Source of the DNA: Promicromonosporaceae bacterium | GTDB taxonomy: Bacteria; Actinomycetota; Actinomycetes; Actinomycetales; Cellulomonadaceae | Length of the DNA stretch: 64,000 bases | NCBI GenBank assembly: GCA_009783295.1 | Contig: WRHK01000006.1 | Coordinates: 20,813 to 84,812, forward strand | Direction of reading: 5' to 3' | In this document: positions 1 through 9,179 of the stretch, in pieces | Layout of the letters: each line of letters begins with the position of its first letter | How positions within the stretch are numbered: position 1 is the stretch's first letter | The notes under the pieces: generated by a model | The model's input: the letters and a program-made list of their open reading frames with translations, nothing else | Database searches by the model: none | What the model was told of the DNA's origin: nothing | Made by a program: the position numbers and the translations under genes

Positions 1-2
1 AC

Positions 3-188
3 TCGGAGCTGACCGTCCAGTCGTCGTCGGCCACGCAGGGCATCCTGTGGCTCGTGTCCGTCATCCCGGCCGCCCTGCTGGTGGTCGCGATGGTGATCAT
101 CGGCCGGTACGACCTGACCGACGAGCGCCTCACGCAGATGAACACCGAGATCGAGCAGCGCGCGACCGAGGGCCTCGCCGCCGCCTGA
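3..188 (+). CDS. 3' end of a GPH/MelB-like sugar:cation symporter (partial)
   Basis: Frame reads SELTVQSSSATQGILWLVSVIPAALLVVAMVIIGRYDLTDERLTQMNTEIEQR, a typical last helix plus YxL tail of GPH transporters; stop TGA at 186-188. Confidence 0.7.
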   Translation, partial: SELTVQSSSATQGILWLVSVIPAALLVVAMVIIGRYDLTDERLTQMNTEIEQRATEGLAAA

Positions 189-215
189 TCTCGCAGGCTG
201 CGGCACAATCGGGGC

Positions 216-731
216 ATGCGCCTCTACGTGCCCGCCACGCTCGACGAGCTCGACTCCGCCGCCGTCACCGCGGCTGCCGCCACCTGGACCGTCCCGGGCC
301 GGCCGGCCCACGCGGTGACGGCGGCGCTGTCTCGTCTGTGGCCGGACGAGGACGAGGAGGGCCTCGAGTGGTACGCCTTCCTCGCCGCCGCGCACGACTC
401 GCTGCTGCGCATCGCCGAGGCGGGCGGCGCGCTGCCGCTGCGTGTGGTGGTGACGGTGGAGGTGCCCGACGACGTCGTGCAGCCGGCGCACGAGGCCGAC
501 GGCGCCCCGGCGTCGCAGGTGGTGGTGACGCAGGACCTGCCGGTCACACGGGTCGTGGCGGTGCACGTGGACGAGCCGACGGCGTCGGACGACATCCTCG
601 ACGTGCTCGAGTACGCGGCGAGCGACGACCCGGGGGCGGACGCGGCGCTCGACGACGCGATCCAGCGGGTCACCGACCTGGACCTGCTCTGGTACGCCCC
701 GGAGGAGATCCGCGCGATCCCGCGCGGCTAG
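216..731 (+). CDS. Conserved actinobacterial hypothetical protein (DUF6912-like)
   Basis: MRLYVPATLDEL...LLWYAPEE pattern; GC-typical codons; CACAAT 6 nt before ATG suggests leaderless start. Confidence 0.7.
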   Translation: MRLYVPATLDELDSAAVTAAAATWTVPGRPAHAVTAALSRLWPDEDEEGLEWYAFLAAAHDSLLRIAEAGGALPLRVVVTVEVPDDVVQPAHEADGAPASQVVVTQDLPVTRVVAVHVDEPTASDDILDVLEYAASDDPGADAALDDAIQRVTDLDLLWYAPEEIRAIPRG

Positions 732-781
732 GGCATGTCTCCCAAACCCTGCTGGCGCGTTCTGGCGGCAGACTTGGGGCC

Positions 782-1075
782 GTGGGAACAACCGCTTACG
801 TCCGCGAGTACGGCGGGACTGTGCTGCTTCGCGGCCAACTCGAGATGACGGGACTGGTCCGCTCAGCGAACAGGCTGGCTCTGCCCTTCCTTGGGAACGT
901 CGATGAGTTCGACGACACGATCTTCAATCGCCTTCAACTGCGCGTCGTGGGCGCGGAGCTCGATGAGATCTCCCGGACGTCGAGTGACTTCGGGGCGGAG
1001 GTTCGAGAGCTGGAAGATCTCGTGTCCCTCGTCCAGGAGCGGCCGCATCGGTTCCTGGTCTTCAACGGTGACTAG
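782..1075 (+). CDS. Small hypothetical passenger protein (97 aa) inside the IS
   Basis: GTG start; MGTTAYVREYGG...DEFDDTIFNRLQ...PHRFLVFNGD; about 62% GC by hand count of 781-1020, below the flanks. Confidence 0.65.
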   Translation: MGTTAYVREYGGTVLLRGQLEMTGLVRSANRLALPFLGNVDEFDDTIFNRLQLRVVGAELDEISRTSSDFGAEVRELEDLVSLVQERPHRFLVFNGD

Positions 1076-1113
1076 GAAGGCTGCTCTTGTCGCGCGACTT
1101 GCTCGATCCGTGT

Positions 1114-2023
1114 CTATCGGCGCAGCCAGGTGATGATCGCGGCCAGGACGGCTCCGGCGCGGTAGGTCATGGCGTGCTTGTCGTAGCGGGTGGCCAGCCC
1201 GCGCCATTGCTTGAGCAGGTTGAAGGACCGTTCTACGACGTTGCGCCGCTTGTAGGTCTCCCGGTCCAGCTTCGGCGGCCGCCCGCCCGTGGAGCCGCGG
1301 CGTTTGCGGTTGGCCTGCTGGTCGGACGGTTCGGGGATCACGACCTTGATCCCGCGCCGGCGCAGCATCGCCCGGTTGCCGCGCGAAGAGTACGCCTTGT
1401 CTCCGAGCACCGCGTCCGGCGTCGTGCGCGGACGACCCGCACCGATTCTCGGCACCCAGATGTCTGCGAGCACCATCTCTAGCGCCCGCCCGTCGTGCGA
1501 CTGCCCCGGCGTGACCACCACAGCCAACGGGCGCCCGCGGCCGTCGACGGCGTGATGGATCTTGCTCGTCAACCCGCCACGAGACCGGCCAATGCCGTGA
1601 CCTGCAGGTTCACTGTGGACGACGACGCCTGAGCGCGGCTTGTGATTCGACGTCGCCCCCTGTGTCCTGCTCGGGGCGCCTCGTGTTCGTCGCGTGCTGG
1701 TGCGCACGGTTGATCGTGGAGTCCACCGATACCGTCCAGTCAATCTGCCCGGCGGCGTCGGCCTCGGCCATGAGCTGGGTCAGGATCCGGTCCCAAGTGC
1801 CGTCGCCGGCGAACTTCTTGTGCCGCTTCCACACTATCTGCCACGGCCCGAAGGCCTCCCGTGGCAGGTCGCGCCAGGGGATCCCCGTCCGGTACCGGTA
1901 GGCGATGCCCTCCACGACGGTGCGGTGATCACCGAACGGGCGACCGACCTTGCCCACGTTCGACGGCAGCATCGGCGCGATCCGCTCCCATTGCTCGTCG
2001 GTCAAGACCCGGAAACGACTCAC
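1114..2023 (-). CDS. IS5-family transposase in two overlapping frames (1610-2023 and 1114-1743)
   Basis: OrfA LTDEQWERIAPMLP...GIPWRDLP...VSVDSTINRAHQHA; OrfB GRSRGGLTSKIH...LGDKAYSS...YKRRNVVERSFNLLKQWRGLATRYDK; frames overlap around a G5 run (plus-strand C5 at 1656-1660). Confidence 0.9.
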
Positions 2024-2070
2024 GGCCGCGAGTCTGCCGCACAGCTCATTTCAGAGTTGGGAGACACGCC

Positions 2071-2859
2071 CTAGCCGAGGTAGACGAGCACCTCGTCGTG
2101 GAGGCGGCCGTTGGTGGCGACGGCGTTGCCGCCCCACGGGCCGGGCGCACCGTCCAGCGACGTGAAGCGCCCGCCGGCCTCGGCGACGATGGGCGCCAGG
2201 GCGGCCATGTCGTAGACCTCGAGCTCCGGCTCGGCGGCGATGTCGACGGCGCCCTCGGCGAGCAGCATGTAGGACCAGAAGTCGCCGTAGCCGCGGGTGC
2301 GGTAGCAGCGGCGCGTGAGGTCGAGGAACCCGTCGAGCTTGTCGCGCTGCTCCCAGCCGCCCAGCGAGGCGTAGCTGAACGAGGCGTCCTCGAGCCGGTC
2401 CACGCCCGAGACGGACATGCGCGAGGCGGACGACAGCGACCGCCCGGTCCAGGCGCCCGACCCCTTCGCCGCCCACCAGCGCCGCCCGAGCGCGGGCGCG
2501 GAGACGAGGCCCATGACGACCTCCTCGCCGTCGGCCAGCGCGATGAGCGTGGCCCAGACGGGCACGCCGCGCACGAAGTTCTTGGTCCCGTCGATCGGGT
2601 CGATGATCCAGCGGCGGGCACCGTTGCCTGCGGAGCCGTACTCCTCGCCGACGATCGCGTCGCGGGTGCGTGCGCGCTTGAGCTGCGCGCGGATGAACTC
2701 CTCGGCGGCCTTGTCGGCGTCCGAGACCGGCGTGTTGTCGGGCTTCGTCTCGACGTGCAGGTCGAGGGACCGGAAGCGGTCCATGGTCAGGGCGTCGACC
2801 TGGTCGGCGATCACGTGCGCCAGCCGCAGGTCGTCCTCGTACGTGCGCGCAGGGTTCAC
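2071..2859 (-). CDS. hisN: Histidinol-phosphatase, inositol monophosphatase family
   Basis: VGEE, WIIDPIDGTKNF and WSYMLLAEGAVD motifs; next to rsgA/aroA as in other actinobacteria. Confidence 0.85.
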   Translation of the reverse strand: MNPARTYEDDLRLAHVIADQVDALTMDRFRSLDLHVETKPDNTPVSDADKAAEEFIRAQLKRARTRDAIVGEEYGSAGNGARRWIIDPIDGTKNFVRGVPVWATLIALADGEEVVMGLVSAPALGRRWWAAKGSGAWTGRSLSSASRMSVSGVDRLEDASFSYASLGGWEQRDKLDGFLDLTRRCYRTRGYGDFWSYMLLAEGAVDIAAEPELEVYDMAALAPIVAEAGGRFTSLDGAPGPWGGNAVATNGRLHDEVLVYLG

Positions 2860-3890
2860 GCTGACACGCTAGCGGTGCGAGACGCCAACAAGCGGCGGAA
2901 GCTCGCCAAGCGGACCTCGCGTGTCGCCCTGGCCTCGGGGTCCGTGGTGGCCGCGAGCCAGTCGTCGAGCGCGCAGTCGGGGGCGTCGTCCAGGTGCGTG
3001 CAGCCGCGCGGGCAGTCTGCGGCGGCCTCGTCGAGGTCCTCGAACGCGGCCAGCACGTGGGCGACCTCGACGTGCGCGAGCCCCAGCGAACGGACGCCGG
3101 GGGTGTCCACGACCCAGCCCTCCGCGCCGGGCAGGCGGAGCGCCACGGCCGACGTCGACGTGTGCCGCCCGCGCCCCGTGACGTCGTTGACGTGCCCGGT
3201 CGCCCGCCCGGCGCCGGGCACCAGGGCGTTGACCAGCGTCGACTTGCCGACGCCGGAGTGCCCGAGCAGCACCGAGACACGCCCACGCAGCCGGTCGCGC
3301 ACGGTCTCGACGGACGCCGGGTCGGCGAGCGTCGCCACGACCACGACGCCGACACCGATCGGCTCGTACAGCCCGCGCAGCTCGTCGGGCGACGCGAGGT
3401 CGGCCTTGGTGAGGCACAGCAGCACGTCCATGCCGGCGTCGTACGCGGCCACGACGGCCCGGTCGATCATGCCGGTGCGCGGCTCGGGCTGGGCCAGAGC
3501 GGTGACGATGACGAGCTGGTCGGCGTTGGCGACCACGATGCGCTCGTAGGGGTCGGTGTCGTCGGCCGTGCGCCGCAGCACCGACGTGCGCTCGGCGATC
3601 CGCACGATGCGCGCGAGCGTGTCCTTGTCGCCGGTGACGTCGCCGACGACGTCGACGCGGTCGCCCACGACGACGCGCGTGCGCGAGAGCTCGCGCGCCT
3701 TCATCGCCGTGACGTTGCGCTCGTCGTCTTCGCCCTCGTCGAGCAGCAGCGTGTACCGCCCACGGTCGACGCCGGTGACGAAGCCGACGACGGCGTCCGC
3801 GTGCTCCGGGCGCTGCTTGGTGCGGGGCCTGCTGCCGCGCTTGGACGGACGCCCGAAGGCCTCGTGCTCGTCGCCGCCCCGCCGCGCCAT
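2856..3890 (-). CDS. rsgA: Ribosome small subunit-dependent GTPase
   Basis: Circularly permuted GTPase motifs [17 protein letters not shown] and C-terminal CPRGCTH...C zinc site. Confidence 0.95.
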   Translation of the reverse strand: MARRGGDEHEAFGRPSKRGSRPRTKQRPEHADAVVGFVTGVDRGRYTLLLDEGEDDERNVTAMKARELSRTRVVVGDRVDVVGDVTGDKDTLARIVRIAERTSVLRRTADDTDPYERIVVANADQLVIVTALAQPEPRTGMIDRAVVAAYDAGMDVLLCLTKADLASPDELRGLYEPIGVGVVVVATLADPASVETVRDRLRGRVSVLLGHSGVGKSTLVNALVPGAGRATGHVNDVTGRGRHTSTSAVALRLPGAEGWVVDTPGVRSLGLAHVEVAHVLAAFEDLDEAAADCPRGCTHLDDAPDCALDDWLAATTDPEARATREVRLASFRRLLASRTASVSA

Positions 3891-3906
3891 CAGAGCCCCC
3901 GCGCCA

Positions 3907-5211
3907 TCAGAGGATCGCCTGCCAGAGCCCGGCGAACCCCGGCAGGGTCTTGGCGGTGGTCTCGACGTCCTCGACGCCGACGCCCGGCACGCGCAAGCCG
4001 ATGAGCGCGCCCGAGGTGGCCATGCGGTGGTCGTGGTACGTGCGGAACACGCCGCCCTTGAGGGGCTGCGGCGTGACGACCAGGCCGTCGCGCGTCTCCT
4101 CGCAGCGCCCGCCGAGCCGCGTGATCTCCGTGGCGAGGGCGGCCAGGCGGTCGGTCTCGTGCCCGCGCAGGTGCGCGATGCCGCGCAGCCGGCTGGGGGA
4201 GTCCGCCAGGGCGGCCAGGGCCGCGATGGTCGGGGTGAGCTCGCCCGCGGCCTTGAGGTCGACGTCGATGCCGTGGATCGTCCCGTCGCCGGTCACGGTC
4301 AGCACGTCGCCGTCGAGGGTTGAGGTGCCACCCATCTGCTCCAGCAGCCCCGGCACGAGCGCCCCGGGCTGCGTGGTCGACGCCGGCCAGCCCGGCACGG
4401 ACACCGAGCCGCCCGCCACGAGCGCGGCGGCCAGGAACGGCGCGGCGTTGGACAGGTCGGGTTCCACGCGCACGTCGCGGGCCGCGACGGGGCCGGGCTG
4501 CACCACCCAGATGCCGTCCCGCGAGTCGTCCACCTGGACGCCCGCGTCGCGCAGCGTGGCGACGGTCATCTCGATGTGCGGCAGGCTCGGCAGCGTGGTG
4601 CCCACGTGCCGCAGCGAGAGGCCCTGCTCGAACCGCGCTGCGGCGAGCAGCAGGCCGGACACGAACTGCGAGGACGCCGAGGCGTCGACGTCGACCGCTC
4701 CGCCCCGCATCGACCCGGTGCCGACCACGGTGAACGGCAGGGTCGAGGGGAACGCCTCGCCGTCGTGCCCCTGGACCTCCACGCCGAGCGCGTGCAGCGC
4801 CGCGAGCACGGGTCGCATGGGCCGCACGCGCGCCTGCGGGTCGCCGTCGAAGCGGACGGGGCCGTCGGCCAGCGCCGCGACGGGCGGCAGGAACCGCATC
4901 ACGGTGCCGGCGAGCCCGGTGAAGACGTCGACGTCGCCCTTCAGTGCGCCGGGCGTCACGTGCAGCGTGGAGGGGGAGCCGCCCTCCGTGACCTCGACGC
5001 CCAGCGTCCGCAGCGCGGCGATCATGAGGTCGGCGTCGCGGCTGCGCAGCGCACCCCGCAGCGTGCCCGGGCCATCGGCGAGCGCCGCGAGCACCAGCAG
5101 GCGGTTGGTCAGCGACTTCGACCCCGGGATCTCGACGCGGGCGTCGAGCGGGCCGGTGGCGAGGGGCGCAGCCCACACGGGCGCGGTCGAGGAGGGCGCG
5201 GGCGACGTCAT
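3907..5211 (-). CDS. aroA: 3-phosphoshikimate 1-carboxyvinyltransferase (EPSP synthase)
   Basis: [34 protein letters not shown] motifs; ATG at 5211 with TAGCCT 7 nt upstream. Confidence 0.95.
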   Translation of the reverse strand: MTSPAPSSTAPVWAAPLATGPLDARVEIPGSKSLTNRLLVLAALADGPGTLRGALRSRDADLMIAALRTLGVEVTEGGSPSTLHVTPGALKGDVDVFTGLAGTVMRFLPPVAALADGPVRFDGDPQARVRPMRPVLAALHALGVEVQGHDGEAFPSTLPFTVVGTGSMRGGAVDVDASASSQFVSGLLLAAARFEQGLSLRHVGTTLPSLPHIEMTVATLRDAGVQVDDSRDGIWVVQPGPVAARDVRVEPDLSNAAPFLAAALVAGGSVSVPGWPASTTQPGALVPGLLEQMGGTSTLDGDVLTVTGDGTIHGIDVDLKAAGELTPTIAALAALADSPSRLRGIAHLRGHETDRLAALATEITRLGGRCEETRDGLVVTPQPLKGGVFRTYHDHRMATSGALIGLRVPGVGVEDVETTAKTLPGFAGLWQAIL

Positions 5212-5221
5212 GCGGCCAAGG

Positions 5222-5683
5222 CTACTGGTCGGCCGCCTTCGCGTGGTTGCGCCGTGCCTGGCTGACCCGCCAGGAGATCCCGGGCTTGCCCTCGTTGTCG
5301 AGCCCTGCGATGAGCGCGGCACCCACGAACCCGAGCGCCCGCACGAACTTCACGGTGCGCTCCTTGCGCTCCTCGCCGCGGGACGTGAAGGGCTGCTGCG
5401 CGACGGCGAGCGGGGCGGTGAGCGCGGCGAGCTTGAGCGAGGCGAGGCGCGGCATGACGCCGACGGCGAGGGCCACGCCCAGCACGGCCGTCAGCCCGCC
5501 GTGCACGCGCACTGCGAGGGTGAGGCGGTCGTCGCTGAGCCGGGGGACGCCCAGCCTGTCGGTGACCTTGTCGGCCAGCGGGCGCGCGACCTCGACGTGC
5601 GCGGCCGGGTGCAGCGCGGCGTCGACGCCGTCGTGTACGAACGGGGCAGCCAGGAGCGGACGTGCGATGCGACGCAGCAACAT
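5222..5683 (-). CDS. DoxX-family membrane protein
   Basis: [19 protein letters not shown]-terminus, hydrophobic segments, D.EGKPG tail typical of actinobacterial DoxX proteins. Confidence 0.75.
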   Translation of the reverse strand: MLLRRIARPLLAAPFVHDGVDAALHPAAHVEVARPLADKVTDRLGVPRLSDDRLTLAVRVHGGLTAVLGVALAVGVMPRLASLKLAALTAPLAVAQQPFTSRGEERKERTVKFVRALGFVGAALIAGLDNEGKPGISWRVSQARRNHAKAADQ

Positions 5684-5709
5684 GGATCCACCTTCGCAGA
5701 GGCGGGTGG

Positions 5710-5736
5710 GGAATGCATCCGCCGTCTCCGGGCGTT
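5710..5736 (+). promoter_or_regulatory. SigR/SigH-type promoter upstream of sigR
   Basis: GGAAT-N19-GTT, matching the SigR/SigH consensus GGAAY-N18/19-GTT. Confidence 0.7.
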
Positions 5737-5902
5737 CCCTGAAACGATGTCCTACGCACCTTGCCCCCCACGTGCCACGTCACCGCTCGCTGACGTGCGG
5801 CTCTTTGCGATCCCCGCACACGTCGACGGCGTCGCCAAGCAGCCTGACGCCGGTGGCGACTGGCCCCCCGTGCGCCTCGAGCGAGCGCTAGGCTCAGGCG
5901 CG

Positions 5903-6541
5903 ATGAGCGACGAGATCGACGACCTGAGCGAAGAGACCGACCGTGCCCCGGAGGACGAGGCGCCGGCCGACCGCGCGGCGCGCTTCGAGCGCGACGCCCT
6001 CGCCCACATCGACCAGCTGTACTCCGCCGCGCTGCGTATGACGCGCAACCCCGCGGACGCCGAGGACCTGGTGCAGGAGACGTTCGCCAAGGCGTTCGCC
6101 GCGTTCCACCAGTACAGGCCGGGCACCAACCTCAAGGCCTGGCTGTACCGGATCCTGACGAACACCTTCATCAACAGCTACCGCAAGAAGCAGCGCGAAC
6201 CGCAGCAGTCCCAGGCCGAAGAGGTCGAGGACTGGCAGATCGCGCGTGCCGCCTCCCACACGTCCGCGGGGCTGCGCTCGGCCGAGGTCGAGGCGCTGGA
6301 CCACCTGCCGGACTCCGACGTGAAGCGCGCCCTGGCGGCGCTCCCGGAGGACCGCCGCATGGTCGTCTACTACGCGGACGTCGAAGGGTTTCCCTACAAG
6401 GAGATCGCCGAGATCATGGGCACGCCGATCGGGACGGTGATGTCCCGGCTGCACCGCGGTCGCAAGCAGCTGCGCGAGCTGCTGTCCGACTACGCGGCGG
6501 ACCGCGGGCTCGTGCCGGCGAGCAACGGAGGTACGAAGTGA
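5903..6541 (+). CDS. sigR: ECF RNA polymerase sigma factor SigR/SigH (thiol-oxidative stress)
   Basis: [32 protein letters not shown]...[18 protein letters not shown]; coupled to anti-sigma gene. In-frame upstream ATG at 5747. Confidence 0.93.
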   Translation: MSDEIDDLSEETDRAPEDEAPADRAARFERDALAHIDQLYSAALRMTRNPADAEDLVQETFAKAFAAFHQYRPGTNLKAWLYRILTNTFINSYRKKQREPQQSQAEEVEDWQIARAASHTSAGLRSAEVEALDHLPDSDVKRALAALPEDRRMVVYYADVEGFPYKEIAEIMGTPIGTVMSRLHRGRKQLRELLSDYAADRGLVPASNGGTK

Positions 6542-6804
6542 ACGAGCCCATCCCGCACGACGTCTCTGGCGAGTCCGAGTGCGACCACGCACTGGTGCAC
6601 CTCTACGAGTTCCTGGACTCGGAGATGACGCCCGCTGACGAGCAGCGCATGCGCGACCATCTGGCGCACTGCTCGCCGTGCCTGTCCGAGCTGAGCGCGG
6701 AGGAGCTGGTCAAGAAGCTGGTGCGCCGTTCCTGCTCGGAGCGCGCCCCGGAGGCGCTGCGCCTGCGCATCCGCACCCAGCTGACGGTCATGACCAAGGC
6801 CTGA
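6538..6804 (+). CDS. rsrA: Zinc-binding anti-sigma factor RsrA/RshA
   Basis: ZAS motif C...HLAHCSPC (HxxxCxxC) and [11 protein letters not shown] tail; overlaps sigR stop. Confidence 0.92.
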   Translation: MNEPIPHDVSGESECDHALVHLYEFLDSEMTPADEQRMRDHLAHCSPCLSELSAEELVKKLVRRSCSERAPEALRLRIRTQLTVMTKA

Positions 6805-6811
6805 GCAAAGC

Positions 6812-6850
6812 CGAGAGGCCGCGAACCCCACCGGGGTTCGCGGCCTCTCG
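6812..6850. terminator. Stem-loop between convergent rsrA and bL37 genes
   Basis: Perfect 18-bp stem CGAGAGGCCGCGAACCCC / GGGGTTCGCGGCCTCTCG. Confidence 0.8.
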
Positions 6851-6870
6851 CGCGTCTGCGTGGCCTGTGC

Positions 6871-6945
6871 TCAGGCGTTGGGACGCTTGCCGTGGTTGGC
6901 GGCGCTGCCCTTGCGGGTACGACGCTTGCGACCGCGCTTGCTCAT
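6871..6945 (-). CDS. 50S ribosomal protein bL37 (24 aa)
   Basis: MSKRGRKRRTRKGSAANHGKRPNA matches the actinobacterial bL37 pattern (KRGRK...ANHGKRPN); below the ORF-track cutoff. Confidence 0.92.
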   Translation of the reverse strand: MSKRGRKRRTRKGSAANHGKRPNA

Positions 6946-7031
6946 GGTTCTGCTCCCACTGACGTGCTGGATAAGAGTCGGTCCATGGTCCCACACTCGC
7001 GGACGTGCCCGTGCCGGGGCAGGGTGGCCTC

Positions 7032-7538
7032 ATGAACTCCTCGGAGCTGTTGCTCGACGCCTTCGGACGTCTGCCCGGCATCGTCGACCGCGTGCTCGCG
7101 GACGCCGACGACGCCCTCCTCGCCTTCCGTCCCGACCCCGCGGCCAACACGATCGCGTGGCTCGTGTGGCACGCCGCCCGCGGGATCGACTCGCAGGTGA
7201 GCGACGTCGCGGGCACGGAGCAGGTGTGGACGGCGGAGGGCTGGGCGGACAAGCTCGCGCTGCCGTTCCCGGTGTCCGCTACGGGGTACGGGCAGAGCGC
7301 CGACGAGGTGGCCCAGGTGCGGGCGAGCGCCGCCCTGCTGGGCGGCTACTTCGCGGCCGTCCACGCGGCGACCACCACCTACGTGCGGACGCTCACCGAC
7401 GCGGACCTCGACCGCGTGGTCGACACGCGCTGGGACCCGCCCGTCACGCTCGGCGTGCGGCTGGTGAGCGTGCTGGGCGACGCCACGCAGCACGCCGGCC
7501 AGGCCGCCTACGTGCGCGGCGTGTTCACTCGTCGGTAG
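7032..7538 (+). CDS. DinB-superfamily protein, mycothiol transferase-like
   Basis: ANTIAWLVWH and TLGVRLVSVLGDATQHAGQAAYVRG motifs. Confidence 0.8.
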   Translation: MNSSELLLDAFGRLPGIVDRVLADADDALLAFRPDPAANTIAWLVWHAARGIDSQVSDVAGTEQVWTAEGWADKLALPFPVSATGYGQSADEVAQVRASAALLGGYFAAVHAATTTYVRTLTDADLDRVVDTRWDPPVTLGVRLVSVLGDATQHAGQAAYVRGVFTRR

Positions 7539-8127
7539 GCAGCCCGAGCCAGGCGTGCCAGCCCGTGTGCAGCACCAGCCACGCCATGAGCCCGTAGCCC
7601 GCCTGGCCCGGGTACAGCGACCCGTTCTGGGCGAGGTCGGCCAGCCACTGCTCGTGCGCCGCCAGCGGCGTGTACGTGTCCACGTAGGGCACGCGCCGCC
7701 GCGAGGCGACGTCGGCGAACGCCGCCGAGAGCTCGGCGATGCGCGGGCCGTCCTCGGGTCGTCCCGGCGGCGGCCCGACGACGAACGTCTGGATGCGCGC
7801 CGAGTCGGCGACGTCGAGCACGTTGGCGAGGTTGAGGCGCGAGCGCGCGATCGACAGCCCGGCCGCGAGGTCGTGGCGGCCGAGGGCCACCACGAGCCGG
7901 TTCTCGCACTCGGCGTCGGGCCCGAACCGCGGGGCGGTCTCCTTCTCCCACCGCGCGCCCAGCTCCGACGTCGTCTCGCCCGGCACGGCGAGCGTGAAGT
8001 GCATCGCCGGGGCGTCGAACCGGGACCGCGCCATGACGCGACCGACCCAGCCGAGCGCCCTGGCGTCGCCGACGCCGACGCTCAGCTCGTCGCCCACGAC
8101 GCAGATGCGCACCTCACGTACCGTCAC
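7525..8127 (-). CDS. GDSL/SGNH-family hydrolase
   Basis: CVVGDELSVGVGD block I variant and GSLYPGQAGY block V variant. Confidence 0.7.
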   Translation of the reverse strand: MTVREVRICVVGDELSVGVGDARALGWVGRVMARSRFDAPAMHFTLAVPGETTSELGARWEKETAPRFGPDAECENRLVVALGRHDLAAGLSIARSRLNLANVLDVADSARIQTFVVGPPPGRPEDGPRIAELSAAFADVASRRRVPYVDTYTPLAAHEQWLADLAQNGSLYPGQAGYGLMAWLVLHTGWHAWLGLPTDE

Positions 8128-8190
8128 TGCTGCTCCTCGCTCGCCCCTGAGCCGTCATTCTCGCCCGCGCGGGTGCCGTCCGACGGGATG

Positions 8191-9117
8191 TCAGAGCAGC
8201 GTGGCGCCCCAGCGCACCTCGTGGACGTCGCCGGGCGCCAGGTGCACGAGGCGCTCGCCGGTGTTGAAGGCGTCGGCGACGCAGCTCATCGGCTCGGCCG
8301 CGAGGCCCGCGCGGAGGAAGTGCGGGATGTGGTTCGCGGAGCAGACCTGCCAGCAGTCCATCGACTCGTCCATCCACACGGCGGGCGTGCGGCCGTCCGG
8401 GCAGCCGAGGCGGCACCACGACAGTCCGTCGGCGTCGCGCGTGACGTCGACCCAGGCGTCGTCGAGGTCCAGGCCCTCCAGGGAGCGCTCGGCGGCCAGG
8501 TCGTACTGGCCCGCGACCGGTTCGGTGCCGGTGGGCAGCAGGCGCTCGTCGACCGTGACGTGCGTGGTGGCGTCGAGCTGGACGGTGCACTCGTCGAGGT
8601 CCGCGCCGCCGGCCGACAGCCACGGGTGGAACCCGACGCCGTACGGTGCGGTGCCCGCGCCGACGTTGCGCGTGGTCACGACGACCTCGAGGCCGGCGTC
8701 GGACAGGCTGTAGCGCGCCTGCGTGACGAGCTGGAACGGCCAGCCCTTCTGGGCGGGCAGGGCGAGCTCGAGGGTCACGGCGGAGTCGCTGTGCGACACC
8801 AGGCTCCAGCGGGTCCAGCAGGCCAGGCCGTGCAGGGCGTTGGACCGGTCGGCCTCCGACTGGGCCAGCTCGTAGCGCGTGCCGTCGACGGTGTAGGAGG
8901 CGTCGCGCAGGCGGTTGGGCCAGGGGACGAGGACGGCGCCGTTGAAGACGGGGGCCACGTCGTCACGCCCGAAGGGGACGAACACGTCGCGCCCGTCGAC
9001 GGAGTACTCGCGCACCATGGCGCCGACCTCCGCGACGGTGGCGCGGTGCGCTCCGTGCGAGATCTCGTACTGGGTTCCGGACGGTGCGGGGAAGTCGCTG
9101 GAGGTCACGGTGCACAC
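8191..9117 (-). CDS. Aldose 1-epimerase family protein
   Basis: GAVLVPWPNRL, NALHGL, PYGVGFHPW, AAEPMSC motifs. Confidence 0.88.
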   Translation of the reverse strand: MCTVTSSDFPAPSGTQYEISHGAHRATVAEVGAMVREYSVDGRDVFVPFGRDDVAPVFNGAVLVPWPNRLRDASYTVDGTRYELAQSEADRSNALHGLACWTRWSLVSHSDSAVTLELALPAQKGWPFQLVTQARYSLSDAGLEVVVTTRNVGAGTAPYGVGFHPWLSAGGADLDECTVQLDATTHVTVDERLLPTGTEPVAGQYDLAAERSLEGLDLDDAWVDVTRDADGLSWCRLGCPDGRTPAVWMDESMDCWQVCSANHIPHFLRAGLAAEPMSCVADAFNTGERLVHLAPGDVHEVRWGATLL

Positions 9118-9179
9118 GGTAGCCGTCGCGCGAGGTGAGCGCGTCGTACTGTGTGAACACCTACCACACGGAGGAACTG

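Larger units (their letters stand above)
731..2071 (-). mobile_element. IS5-family insertion sequence (IS427-like group) carrying a passenger ORF
   Basis: 15-bp terminal inverted repeats GGGCATGTCTCCCAA (731-745) and TTGGGAGACACGCCC (2057-2071), one mismatch; TA on both flanks (729-730, 2072-2073); DDE transposase inside. Confidence 0.9.

Noticed and set aside
47-1075. 342-aa ORF spanning the DUF6912-like gene and the IS cargo
   Set aside because: The first 245 codons are an Arg/Gly-rich shadow frame over a real gene and cross the IS boundary; only 782-1075 looks coding.
1114-2023. Calling the split transposase a pseudogene
   Set aside because: Two-frame organisation is common in IS5 elements, both parts are intact and the ends are near perfect.
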